Counted from the first letter of the stretch, positions 53,622 through 62,944 are shown. The stretch: 63,239 nucleotides of DNA from an uncultured Candidatus Saccharibacteria bacterium (GCA_964358205.1 CAYHNZ010000002.1:1-63239); one strand, 5' to 3'. The notes: generated by a model from the letters alone, not told the origin. Program-made: numbers and translations.

Positions 53622-53950
53622 TACATACCTTTGGCTGGGGTGCCGCCGAGGAGGTGGAGGTGGGCGTGGTCAATCTCTTGGCCGGCGTGCTGGCCAACAT
53701 TGAATAATAGTCGATAGCCAGTTTCTTTGACGCCGAGAATTTGAGCAACTTCCTCTGAACCCAAAAACATATCGTGCAATTCTTCGGCTCGCAGACTTTC
53801 CGGCCGTTCGACATGGCGCTTGGGCACGATCAAGACATGAACAGGGGCTTTAGGATGAATATCTTTGAAAGCCATGTAGTGGCTTGTTTCAATTACTTTT
53901 TCACACGGCATCTTACCAGCGATAATTCGGCAAAATAAACAACTTTCCAT
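53618..53950 (-). CDS. HIT-family (histidine triad) nucleotide hydrolase
   Basis: CLFCRI... N-terminus and the HxHxHxx triad (DHAHLHLLGG). Confidence 0.9.
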   Translation of the reverse strand: MESCLFCRIIAGKMPCEKVIETSHYMAFKDIHPKAPVHVLIVPKRHVERPESLRAEELHDMFLGSEEVAQILGVKETGYRLLFNVGQHAGQEIDHAHLHLLGGTPAKGMY

Positions 53951-54136
53951 TGGTTAGATACTAGCACAATCTTGAACCGGTTTTTATATTGCTGATTGCT
54001 GTTTGCTGATAGCTGAAATGCTGGCGTAAGCCATTGACATATGCTATGCCACCTGCTAAGATACTCAAACTTCCGCTGGGAAGCTTTTCCGTTAGTCGCT
54101 GGGTAACTGGCGCTGGAAGTATAACCAGAGGATGCA

Positions 54137-54859
54137 TTGAAAAAAGTAATGAAAAAAACCTTGTTTGGCCGTTTGGCCAAACTTCAAGGGAGGATTCGTA
54201 AGTACCTGAAAAAATCGCGAGATACCAAACGCTTCATCTTAACGATGGTCGCCGTTTGGACCGTCATCCCCGCTCTGTCTGTTAACGCGGCCGGCAGTAA
54301 TGTCGTCCCGGCTGAAGTCGTCGTTACTAATGTGACGATCGACCAGAACCTACAGATCGAGAAACCGAAATATACTGTCGAAGTTCGCCAATCGCCTCGC
54401 CAAGCGGCCAAACAGGCTGCGGCGGTCGAGGCTAATCGTGCCGCAACCCAGGCAGTGACAGTCAGCATTGCTTCTACTGAAACGACTGACCCCGGTATGG
54501 ATGTCAAGCGTCAGTGGACTCAAAATGCCGCTAGTACCTGGAACATCGACTGGAAGCTCTTAGAAGCTGTCTGGCAGATCGAAACGGGCAAGACTTGGTA
54601 TACAAGTCGTGGTTCGTCTGCCGGTGCTCAAGGACCGCTCCAGTTTATGCCGGGTACTTGGCGTGGTTACGCCCAAGACGGTAACGGTGACGGCGTTAAG
54701 AATATTAACGACGCCCGCGATAGTCTGTTTGCCGCCGCGAAACTATTAGCGGTTAACGGCGCCAATAAGGGAAATGTTGACGGAGCTTTGTTCCGCTACA
54801 ACCACTCCCTGGCCTATGTCGCTAAGGTCAAACGGATTATGGCGTCAATTGGTGGCTAA
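54137..54859 (+). CDS. Membrane-anchored lytic transglycosylase (SLT/MltB-like)
   Basis: GAQGPLQFMPGTWRGYAQDGNGDG and LFRYNHS motifs, with an N-terminal TM helix. The start is TTG at 54137 or ATG at 54149. Confidence 0.82.
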   Translation: MKKVMKKTLFGRLAKLQGRIRKYLKKSRDTKRFILTMVAVWTVIPALSVNAAGSNVVPAEVVVTNVTIDQNLQIEKPKYTVEVRQSPRQAAKQAAAVEANRAATQAVTVSIASTETTDPGMDVKRQWTQNAASTWNIDWKLLEAVWQIETGKTWYTSRGSSAGAQGPLQFMPGTWRGYAQDGNGDGVKNINDARDSLFAAAKLLAVNGANKGNVDGALFRYNHSLAYVAKVKRIMASIGG

Positions 54860-54918
54860 AATCGTGATGTCACGACGTTCGCCCCTCGCTTAAAAGCTCG
54901 AGATAAAACGGCAAGAAG

Positions 54919-54942
54919 TCCCGCAGAAATGCGGGGCTTTTT
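54919..54942 (+). terminator. Intrinsic terminator
   Basis: TCCCGC-AGAAAT-GCGGGG followed by CTTTTT. Confidence 0.75.
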
Positions 54943-55029
54943 GTTGGGATCAGATATCGAATTGCTTTTTACTACAATGTTTAACATATTTCACAAATAC
55001 TAAGGCCACAAAAACCCTCATCCAACGTA

Positions 55030-55058
55030 TTGACTTTTTTAGAAATAAATTCTACAAT
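55030..55058 (+). promoter_or_regulatory. Near-consensus sigma70-type promoter
   Basis: TTGACT, a 17-nt spacer, then TACAAT, about 55 nt upstream of the 55112 ATG, which has a GAGGA ribosome-binding site. Confidence 0.6.
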
Positions 55059-55111
55059 ACACCTGACGCGTTGGCTGATCATATGCCATTAGCGATGCGA
55101 GGATTAAAAAC

Positions 55112-55831
55112 ATGTTTCTACGCGATCTTCCTCGGGGAACAACGATCTCCCCTACCTTCTTTTCAGAAACCTTTCTGAAAGACAGCTCTTTAGAGTTGCA
55201 AAATTCTAACTCGACAGAACAAAAAGTGTGGTGTCTTCTTGAGCAAGGCTTCTACTACGAACTATGCAAACGAGAGTTGGATCCGGACAAACGCATGGGC
55301 GCCGCCGAGCGAAGTTTTCGCAAAGCCTTATCCCTGGCCGAAACAACGGGCGATCTGGTATTGATCGGTACAGCGTGCCAGTATTTGGCCAGTACCCTGC
55401 TCGATTACTCAATTATGTTAAATGTTCGCCAAAGCACAACCTTCAACCAACGGAACCGAGAAAAGTTAAAGCGGCGGATAGAGAGCTCCGACAATGAGGC
55501 CATAGTTAACTTCGAAAGGGCACTCAAGGCATTCGGTTCCATTGACGACCTTGAGGGGGAGATGTCGATTTGCTGTAACTTGGCCGGTAACTATATCCGT
55601 TACAGATTGGCGGTGTTGGCCTTGTCGGATCAATATGACCTACAACTGACACTGTCGTTGGGTCTGATGGAAGCGGAGAAATCTATCCTCCAGCAACTGC
55701 GTGTAGGTATGGAAAAGCTCAAGCTTGACCAGCCTCCTCGGCCCATTCTTAACAGGGTAGGAAGGCAGGTCGAGGCCTTGGTAAAACTAAGCGAATTCGG
55801 TGAGGCCTACGATCGGCTACACCTCATTTGA
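55112..55831 (+). CDS. Hypothetical helical-repeat (TPR-like) protein
   Basis: 239-aa ORF with its own promoter, ribosome-binding site and terminator. No catalytic motif seen. Confidence 0.7.
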   Translation: MFLRDLPRGTTISPTFFSETFLKDSSLELQNSNSTEQKVWCLLEQGFYYELCKRELDPDKRMGAAERSFRKALSLAETTGDLVLIGTACQYLASTLLDYSIMLNVRQSTTFNQRNREKLKRRIESSDNEAIVNFERALKAFGSIDDLEGEMSICCNLAGNYIRYRLAVLALSDQYDLQLTLSLGLMEAEKSILQQLRVGMEKLKLDQPPRPILNRVGRQVEALVKLSEFGEAYDRLHLI

Positions 55832-55844
55832 ATCCTTCTTTTTT

Positions 55845-55894
55845 CCTGAGCCCTGCCCCTGTTTCAAAGCAGTGGGGTGGGCTCAGGTTTTTTT
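55845..55894 (+). terminator. Intrinsic terminator
   Basis: CCTGAGCCC...GGGCTCAGG stem followed by TTTTTTT. Confidence 0.85.
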
Positions 55895-55961
55895 ATGCTT
55901 CACGAGATAAAGGACTCTATCTTTAGGTTTGACCATCGATCACCCGGGTGCTTCTTGCACC

Positions 55962-56291
55962 CTACTTCCCCGCTAGTTGAAACCAGATAACTTTAACTAT
56001 CGTGTCCGGCCCGACCGATCGCTTATAGTAGTCAGAAAAAGTTTCATACATTTCTTCGTCGCTGGCGTATTTCTCATGTCCCTCAATCTCCTCTTGTTTA
56101 AGTTTTCCCATGGCTCGCTCAATAACTTTCGTCACGCTAGCACGTGCAAAAACCTCATTAGTCTCGGCACTTACAAAGTTTATTTCATCACCCTCTTGGA
56201 TATTCTTATCGTCAAACAAACGCCACGTAGAATACTTCTCACCCGACAAAACCAACGGCACTAGATTTTCTGCAAACTTCAAAGTTTTCAT
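55962..56291 (-). CDS. ASCH-domain protein
   Basis: 109 aa. LKFAENLVPLVLSGEKYSTWRLFDD is typical of ASCH/PUA-like folds. TAATAT lies 6 nt before the ATG. Confidence 0.75.
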   Translation of the reverse strand: MKTLKFAENLVPLVLSGEKYSTWRLFDDKNIQEGDEINFVSAETNEVFARASVTKVIERAMGKLKQEEIEGHEKYASDEEMYETFSDYYKRSVGPDTIVKVIWFQLAGK

Positions 56292-56306
56292 TACCCTATA
56301 TTAACC

Positions 56307-56456
56307 AAAAAGTGACGAGCCATGGTACCCCAGCGAGTTAGTTTTTACCTTGGTCGCGCCAGCGTAGCGTGCGGGGGTAGGGAGCGCGAGGGGCTAGGGG
56401 ACCGCCTCGCAATTAGGCCCCCTGGTCCTCGCAGAAGCCAGGCGGCTGCAAGCCGC
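56307..56456 (-). repeat. Structured mosaic repeat, copy D (most divergent helices)
   Basis: Same block order as copy C, but the helices are rewritten with compensatory changes: GCGGCTTGCAGCCGC, and GCGAGGACCAGGGGG...CCCCTAGCCCCTCGC. Confidence 0.88.
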
Positions 56457-56463
56457 AAGATTC

Positions 56464-57552
56464 TTAGGCGCTTGGCGCCGTAATTGTCCCGTCTTGCGGC
56501 AGAACTTCAACCCAAATCTTCCCGCGGTTGAGGGGGATTTCAACTCCTTGAGAGTCGTAAAATCGGGTTCGTTCTAAACGGGAGGATTTCTTCCAGGTGC
56601 CATCAGTCTGGGTGCCATCCTGGAAAATACTGGCTACGCCCGAGCCGATCGTCGTCATTGACCATTCCGACTCTTTGCCGGTGCCGGCGTACGGCGCATT
56701 AGCAGAGTGACTGACAGTCATCGCAACGATCGTTTTAGCGGTAATCTGTTCACCGGAGACCCGGTCTTTATGGGCGGTACCATTCATAACTCGAGAGTAG
56801 GCATTCGTTACAGGATCGTGGGTCCAAACAGATTGGAATTGACTGGTAGAAAAGTTGAGGGTTATCTTAGAAATCGTGCCAAGGGTTGTAGCGGGATCCT
56901 TAAATTTCCAACTGGGAGTGGCGTAGGTAGCCGGCCACTTTTTATTACTGACTCCTAAATTGTAAATTTTGGAGACATCAACAAACAGCGTGTGCTCGCT
57001 AGCGATACCGTTTTGAGGAATTCGAACATAGGCATCGTTGGAGTGAGGATAATCTTTAATTCCGTAAGAACTAATCCGGGCTAGCGCCGTTGGCGAACCG
57101 CCGGCGTGGGCATAGAAGGCGTCGTATTCACTTAGCCAGTCAATAAAATAGGAGCGAGCGGAACGAACTGGCCCGGCTTTAGTTGGGTATGTTTGAGAAA
57201 AAATGCCCATAAATCGGGTTATACCGCCTTCGGTAACTGCTTCGTAAACAATATCAGCACCGGTCAGTCCGGCTTGCGGTCGGGCGTCAGGTGAATTCTC
57301 AATCATAACGGCGACTGGATGCCGATTGGCTATATCCGGCGCCACCAGCACCCCGTTGGTCAAGCTCGCAATTAGTGCTGTAGAGGTTTTTTTCTTGCTG
57401 ACGACATCGGTAGTATTTTCACTAGGAGCCGGTTTGGTAATAAACCAGAAAACAGCGGCAATGCCGACAACGAAAATTATTGGCAAGACTACCAAAAAGA
57501 GCTTTCTGTGATTAATAAAAAACAGCTTAAATCGGCTTGTCTCCCCCTCCAT
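56464..57552 (-). CDS. DUF3048-domain membrane-anchored protein
   Basis: N-terminal TM helix. HPVAVMIENSPDARPQAGL...IVYEAVTEGGITRFMGIF is characteristic of DUF3048. Confidence 0.82.
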   Translation of the reverse strand: MEGETSRFKLFFINHRKLFLVVLPIIFVVGIAAVFWFITKPAPSENTTDVVSKKKTSTALIASLTNGVLVAPDIANRHPVAVMIENSPDARPQAGLTGADIVYEAVTEGGITRFMGIFSQTYPTKAGPVRSARSYFIDWLSEYDAFYAHAGGSPTALARISSYGIKDYPHSNDAYVRIPQNGIASEHTLFVDVSKIYNLGVSNKKWPATYATPSWKFKDPATTLGTISKITLNFSTSQFQSVWTHDPVTNAYSRVMNGTAHKDRVSGEQITAKTIVAMTVSHSANAPYAGTGKESEWSMTTIGSGVASIFQDGTQTDGTWKKSSRLERTRFYDSQGVEIPLNRGKIWVEVLPQDGTITAPSA

Positions 57553-57572
57553 TACTCCACGCTACCCAATAT

Positions 57573-58928
57573 TTAGTCTCGTGCCAAGTCTCGGGCGATT
57601 TGCTCGGCGGTTTTTTTGTCTTCCTGGTCGAGCTGACCATCCAAAACCAATTGCAATAGATGCTCTTTGATTGGTTTAATCCATGGCCCGGCGCTGCGGT
57701 GGAAGATGGTCATCAGTTCCTCGCCGTCGAGTGGGCTATGGATTTTGGCGATTTCGGCTTGTGCCTCGAGTTCGACGATTCGCTCCTTCAATTCAGCTCG
57801 CATTTTCTGGTACTTAGCTAGTTTATTCTGATTATTACCGGTTGAATCGGCTTCGGCGAATGTAAAGAGATCCCCCAGCGCACTATCGGCATCTCGAACA
57901 AATCGGCGAACCGCTCCATCAGTCCAGACACCGTCGTTGTTGGGGATACGCTGGTGAAGATAGCAAAGGCTTGAAACATATTGGATAAACTCATTACCGT
58001 ATTTTAGGCGTCGAAGAATACCTTTTGCCAAACTTGCGCCAACCACCTCGTGGCCTAAAAAGTGATACTCACCGCCGATCTTCTGACGAGTTAGGGGCTT
58101 GGCGATATCGTGAAGTAGCGCACACCAGCGTAACTCCAATTTGGCCGGTGTTTGATCGAGCACTTGCAAAATATGCCTATATATATCTTTATGTTCAGTC
58201 GGGTCGAACTCCAGATCGATACAAGGAATTAGTTCGGGCAAAATATAGTTGATTAGGCCGCTCTCGACGAGCAGGTCTATCCCCCGACTAGGTTTTGCTG
58301 AAAGTAAAATCTTGTCCATTTCTTGAGCGACCCGTTCGGCTGATAGAATAGCAAAACGCTCTCGTTCTAATTTAATGGCCTCAAAAGTTTTTGGTTCAAT
58401 TTCGAAATCCAAGATGACGGCAAAACGAATCGCTCGCAACATTCGGAGCGGATCTTCTCTAAAACGACTTTCCGGATCGCCGACCGCTCGAATCACTTTT
58501 TGCTCTAGGTCGGCTTGGCCTTGATGGGGGTCGAGTAACCGTGGCTGGAGTAAATCAAAAGCGATGGCGTTAATTGTAAAGTCGCGGCGAGACAAATCTT
58601 CTTCAATTGATCGACCGAACTCCACCGTCGGCTGGCGACTATGCTCTTCATAACTTTCGCCGCGGAAGGTCGTGACTTCAACTTGATGTCCGTCCAATTC
58701 GGCGGTGACGGTGCCGAAGCGTTTGCCGATTAAGCCAATATTCTTGGTTTTTTGCCGCAAAATCTTTTCCACTTCCGACGGCTTGGCGTCGGTGGCTAGG
58801 TCCCATTCGATAATTTTTCGACCCACCAGTTCATCGCGGACCGCTCCCCCGACCATAAATAGTTGATACCCAGATTCAGAAAAAGCTTTGGCCAGTGATT
58901 CCAGCCAAGCTGGCACGGTGGCGAGCAT
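57573..58928 (-). CDS. cca: CCA-adding enzyme / poly(A) polymerase-family tRNA nucleotidyltransferase with an HD domain
   Basis: GGAVRDELVGR...DLAT head domain, RDFTINA, and an HD motif (LHDIAKP). Confidence 0.88.
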   Translation of the reverse strand: MLATVPAWLESLAKAFSESGYQLFMVGGAVRDELVGRKIIEWDLATDAKPSEVEKILRQKTKNIGLIGKRFGTVTAELDGHQVEVTTFRGESYEEHSRQPTVEFGRSIEEDLSRRDFTINAIAFDLLQPRLLDPHQGQADLEQKVIRAVGDPESRFREDPLRMLRAIRFAVILDFEIEPKTFEAIKLERERFAILSAERVAQEMDKILLSAKPSRGIDLLVESGLINYILPELIPCIDLEFDPTEHKDIYRHILQVLDQTPAKLELRWCALLHDIAKPLTRQKIGGEYHFLGHEVVGASLAKGILRRLKYGNEFIQYVSSLCYLHQRIPNNDGVWTDGAVRRFVRDADSALGDLFTFAEADSTGNNQNKLAKYQKMRAELKERIVELEAQAEIAKIHSPLDGEELMTIFHRSAGPWIKPIKEHLLQLVLDGQLDQEDKKTAEQIARDLARD

Positions 58929-59003
58929 TTTTTTGTTAACGAGTTAGGCCGATGCCAAAAAAGACCGAACCCAGAATCATAAACACCACCATTAGCCAAA
59001 TTA

Positions 59004-60107
59004 TCAGCTTAACCATGATGTTTTGATTGTAACCGATTCGGTCGATTCCTGGTAGCTGGTCAGTATCACCATTAGCGCCATATTGACCCCCAATACTAGC
59101 AGTACCCCGGACAGATTAAGCTGCCACAGGAATAAATAAATCATCCCCAAGGCAACTAGCTGGAGAATAACCATCCACCAACCACCCAGTAAACCATAAT
59201 TATCAAGCAGACGAGCCGACCGACTAATTAGTAGCGCATCAATTCCGCCAGTCAAAAAAATACCAGTCAACCAAACAGTGTCAACAACGTTTAATTGTAG
59301 TAGACCAAAGAGTAAGGCCCAGCTAATAACGGCCAATATCAAAGTACCGGCGATACTTACGGCAAAATCAATCGCTCCGACTGTCGTTGGTAGCCCGGGA
59401 AATCTTTCCAGCAAACTGCTCGATAATGCAGTTAGTCGGTGACTAATTATTATCGACAGAATCACCATGCCGCTGGTGAGAATTATTAACCAATTACCAA
59501 TCGGAAACCAACCCATTCCATTAGCTACCAGAGTAAATATCAAGAAGGTTAGGGTGGCGATAAAGAATCGGTCGCGACCGATCCGCAGCACGCCCATTGT
59601 CACCAAATTACCCATGCCGGTGAAGCTGGGGAAAACTTGCCGACGACTAAAAACTGTCAAAAATTGGCGGGGTCGAATTGGCTGGTAATCTTTAGTTAGT
59701 TCAAATAGTGCGGTGATGGTGCCTAGAAGTCCTATGCCGATCAACATGGTGAGTAATTGGGAATATATCCCTGGCCCATTGATATTAGTAATAACCACCA
59801 AGGCAGGATTATAGGTCGAAACCCACCCGACCGATATCGCTAACAGAAAAATCGCCGCCCAATACGGCAGCCTCCGCCAAAGGAATAGAATCCACAATCC
59901 AAAGACGCTAGTATATAAGCCGATATTTACCAGTAATAAGATGGTTGTACTTATCGAGAGAATCGTCCAATGACTCCAGATCCGCCCAATTAAATAAACA
60001 AAACAAACTAGGAGCAGTACCAGCAGATAATCTGGTCCGGTTGTTTTATTTAGTAGCTGATTCAGGCGAATTTGCCAGAAGCGAACGGTGCCTTTAAGCA
60101 TATCCAA
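59004..60107 (-). CDS. Multi-pass membrane protein (likely permease partner)
   Basis: About 10 hydrophobic segments. It overlaps the upstream ABC-like gene by 14 nt. Confidence 0.75.
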   Translation of the reverse strand: MDMLKGTVRFWQIRLNQLLNKTTGPDYLLVLLLVCFVYLIGRIWSHWTILSISTTILLLVNIGLYTSVFGLWILFLWRRLPYWAAIFLLAISVGWVSTYNPALVVITNINGPGIYSQLLTMLIGIGLLGTITALFELTKDYQPIRPRQFLTVFSRRQVFPSFTGMGNLVTMGVLRIGRDRFFIATLTFLIFTLVANGMGWFPIGNWLIILTSGMVILSIIISHRLTALSSSLLERFPGLPTTVGAIDFAVSIAGTLILAVISWALLFGLLQLNVVDTVWLTGIFLTGGIDALLISRSARLLDNYGLLGGWWMVILQLVALGMIYLFLWQLNLSGVLLVLGVNMALMVILTSYQESTESVTIKTSWLS

Positions 60108-60816
60108 AGATAGTTTTCATTACGCCATCTAGTGAGTGGGCTCGGCTTTTTGTCTGGTTGATTAATCGTTGAAGAGTACCAGCCAGTAGTATCTGTCCTT
60201 GGTCGAGGATAATTATCTCATCGGCCAGGCGTTCGGCTAGTTCTAAATTGTCGGTTATTAGTACTACCGAACTTCCCTCATTGGTTTGGTCGGTAATAAG
60301 TCGCTCCACCTGTTTCTGACCGACAAAGTCTAGGTATTGAGCTGGCTCGTCGAGAATTAAGACTTTTGGGCTATGAATTAAGGCGATGGCCAGAGCAATC
60401 TTTTGTCGCGTCGCTGGGTCAGTCGACTCAATTACCGAGTAGAGCGCTTGACCAATTTCGAGCGTGTTAGCTAATACGGCAATCCGTTGAGTGCGGGCCA
60501 CTGGCGATAAGTGGTACAGCGACCCAATTAAATCGAGGAGTTCAAATCCAGTCAAAAACTCTTCAAGCTGAACCGGGTTAGCCAGGTAGCCGGTCTGAAT
60601 TTGAGTTTTTTGTCTGTGGGTGTGACGGCGATAGTTGTTGGTAATAATTTCACCAGAAATAGCAGGGCATTTTCCGGCTAGAATCTCACCCAAGAGATGT
60701 TTACCAGAGTCACTCTTGCCCAAAATTGCCAGGACCTGCCCATTTTTTACTTCAAGGCTGATGCCACTCAAAACCTCTTTGATTGAACGGGCGCAAAGAT
60801 CCTGGATTCTGAACAT
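60094..60816 (-). CDS. ABC-type ATPase-like protein with degenerate motifs
   Basis: The Walker A-like GKSDSGKH has His in place of Ser/Thr. There is no LSGGQ signature. Walker B LILDEP is present. Confidence 0.78.
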   Translation of the reverse strand: MFRIQDLCARSIKEVLSGISLEVKNGQVLAILGKSDSGKHLLGEILAGKCPAISGEIITNNYRRHTHRQKTQIQTGYLANPVQLEEFLTGFELLDLIGSLYHLSPVARTQRIAVLANTLEIGQALYSVIESTDPATRQKIALAIALIHSPKVLILDEPAQYLDFVGQKQVERLITDQTNEGSSVVLITDNLELAERLADEIIILDQGQILLAGTLQRLINQTKSRAHSLDGVMKTIFGYA

Positions 60817-60822
60817 TCAGCC

Positions 60823-61323
60823 CTACCTAATCAAGTACTGCTTTGAATCGGCGTCAAGGTCGGTAAATTTATCCAAGTGTTCAATCAGCTTTGCCGAAGT
60901 ACTTCGACCAAAAGACATGCCCTCTACCCGACAACCCTTGTTTTCCTTCAAGTAAGTGACTAGTGGCGTAAAGTCGCCATCCCCGGTCACTAATACCACG
61001 ACATCGAGCCGGTCAGCAATTTTAATAGCGTCAACGGCAATTCCAACATCCCAATCCCCTTTTTTGGCGCCGCCGGCAAAAATCTGAATGTCTTTGGATT
61101 CCAGCTCTATTCCAAAATTGGCTAGGGCATCAAAAAAGCCCTGCTCTTTTGGCGCATCCGATTTAATAACATAGGCAATTATCCGGATCGGCTGACGCTT
61201 GTCGATCGCCTTCTCAACTATCTTGCCAAAATTAACATAGCTTTCGTACATTGCTCGAGCCGAATAATACAAATTCTGCACGTCAACAAAAACCCCTACC
61301 CTTTGATTATCGTAATTAATCAT
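60823..61323 (-). CDS. NYN-domain (LabA/DUF88) protein
   Basis: VGVFVDVQNLYYS and LVTGDGDFTPLV motifs. Confidence 0.85.
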   Translation of the reverse strand: MINYDNQRVGVFVDVQNLYYSARAMYESYVNFGKIVEKAIDKRQPIRIIAYVIKSDAPKEQGFFDALANFGIELESKDIQIFAGGAKKGDWDVGIAVDAIKIADRLDVVVLVTGDGDFTPLVTYLKENKGCRVEGMSFGRSTSAKLIEHLDKFTDLDADSKQYLIR

Positions 61324-61412
61324 TTTATCTCGTTTTAAAGCTCCCTCTATTTATATGGTGAAATGCCACCCAAACAATCATTTACTTCCACTTAATATAC
61401 AGTATTAAGTGC

Positions 61413-61967
61413 TTAGTTGGTTCCAAGTAGTATCAATATGTCGAATGTTCCCGAAATCTTGGTCTCTTTTAGGGTTACTTGCCTCTCCGGCATAGTCGAG
61501 CCAATTTTTTCTGCCTCCGCTTTTAAGCCAGTCCGATACCAAACATACGTCTTATCGTAATTAAATTGGGAATTATCGAGGTTCTCGGCCGAATAGCCCA
61601 AGGTTTTCAGTTTTTCCTGTAACGTCTTAACTTTATCTGCCCCAGCACCAGAGTCGTAGATTTGAACGGTTGGCGTCGAACTCTGTGGGGTTAGTAAGCT
61701 CTTATTCTCACCGCCGAGTTTGCTATCGATCTCGCTGGTGATCGATGGTGCTGGAGTCGCTGTTTTAGCAACGGATACTGGTTTAAAGTACTGCCAGAGC
61801 GCCCAAGTTCCCAGCGCCACGAGAATAATTATCAGTATCCACAACCAGGCTAATTTAGTAGTTGAATTGATCGGCTGGATTGGCTTAGCCACCGTTTTTG
61901 TCGGGGGAACGGTTGAAGCAGTTACCGACGGTCTTCGACGGCGTGAAAAATCTAAGTCCCTAGCCAT
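61413..61967 (-). CDS. Membrane-anchored LytR_C-domain protein
   Basis: One TM helix. The C-terminal VQIYDSGAGADKVKTLQEKLKTLGY pattern matches LytR C-terminal domains. Confidence 0.75.
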   Translation of the reverse strand: MARDLDFSRRRRPSVTASTVPPTKTVAKPIQPINSTTKLAWLWILIIILVALGTWALWQYFKPVSVAKTATPAPSITSEIDSKLGGENKSLLTPQSSTPTVQIYDSGAGADKVKTLQEKLKTLGYSAENLDNSQFNYDKTYVWYRTGLKAEAEKIGSTMPERQVTLKETKISGTFDILILLGTN

Positions 61968-62051
61968 ATTGACATCATATCACAGCGTCGTTTTTTAGCT
62001 GCCAATTACTGACCTCGTAAAAAAGTCGTCCACTCGTATCCTAGAGCGAGC

Positions 62052-62306
62052 CTAAAGTTCCGGGATTGGTTGGAGGCCGTTATCTGATTTAGCAGCCTCT
62101 GGCTTTTTCGAAGCCGGTGGTTTTTCGGCTTGATTGCTGGAGACCTGACCAAAACGTAGCACCACTCGTTTTCTTGTTCGGTCTAGTTCTAGCCGGACAC
62201 TCTCCCCCCTTTTGACTCCAAGCTCTGTCAACCATTTTTTCGGCAGAAGCAACGCTAGCGAGTAGCGGCCAAAGAGAAATAATTTTCGAACACTCTTTCT
62301 GGCCAT
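62052..62306 (-). CDS. AbrB/SpoVT-like small DNA-binding protein
   Basis: SLALLLPKKWLTELGVKRGESVRLELD swapped-hairpin motif. ATG at 62306. Confidence 0.65.
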   Translation of the reverse strand: MARKSVRKLFLFGRYSLALLLPKKWLTELGVKRGESVRLELDRTRKRVVLRFGQVSSNQAEKPPASKKPEAAKSDNGLQPIPEL

Positions 62307-62344
62307 GAATAACATATACTACAAATCGCTCAAAACTCAAATTT

Positions 62345-62944
62345 TTACCCGAACTTACGAATCACCCCCCTGACCTTGCCCTGAATTGTCACCTTCTTAA
62401 CTCGAATAGGCTGATATTTTTTGTTAGCTGGCTGAAGACGAATATGGTCTTTCTCGCGATAAAAGCGCTTTAAGGTCACATTGTCTTTATCAATTAGAGC
62501 TACAACGATATCGCCATTTTTTGGATAGTTGCATGGTTCTATCACCACATAGTCGCCATCCAGAATGCCGTCGTCGATCATCGAATCCCCTTTCACCTTT
62601 AGGGCGAAGACATTTTTACTCATCATATCGCGAGGAATTTCTAGGGATTCGCTAGTTTTAATTGCCTCAATTGGTTTACCAGCTTGGATAGCACCGAAAA
62701 GCGGAATATTGAAGCCCATAAAAGCACTGGATTCATCAACTTCGATCGGCTTAAGGGAGCGATAACCAGTTTCGCCAGTAGCTAAGTAACCCTTAAGTTT
62801 CAAATTATCAACATGCTCGGCGACGGTGGCAACCGATGAAAACCCAAAATGGTCAGCAATCTCCCGATAACTTGGCGCATAGCCGTTAACTTCTAGGTAC
62901 TTATCGATAAAATCTAAAATTTGTTTCTGTTTAGGTGTTAACAT
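62345..62944 (-). CDS. lexA: LexA repressor
   Basis: N-terminal winged helix (LTPKQKQILDFI...YAPSYREIA). S24 peptidase with VKGDSM and a downstream Lys. Confidence 0.92.
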   Translation of the reverse strand: MLTPKQKQILDFIDKYLEVNGYAPSYREIADHFGFSSVATVAEHVDNLKLKGYLATGETGYRSLKPIEVDESSAFMGFNIPLFGAIQAGKPIEAIKTSESLEIPRDMMSKNVFALKVKGDSMIDDGILDGDYVVIEPCNYPKNGDIVVALIDKDNVTLKRFYREKDHIRLQPANKKYQPIRVKKVTIQGKVRGVIRKFG

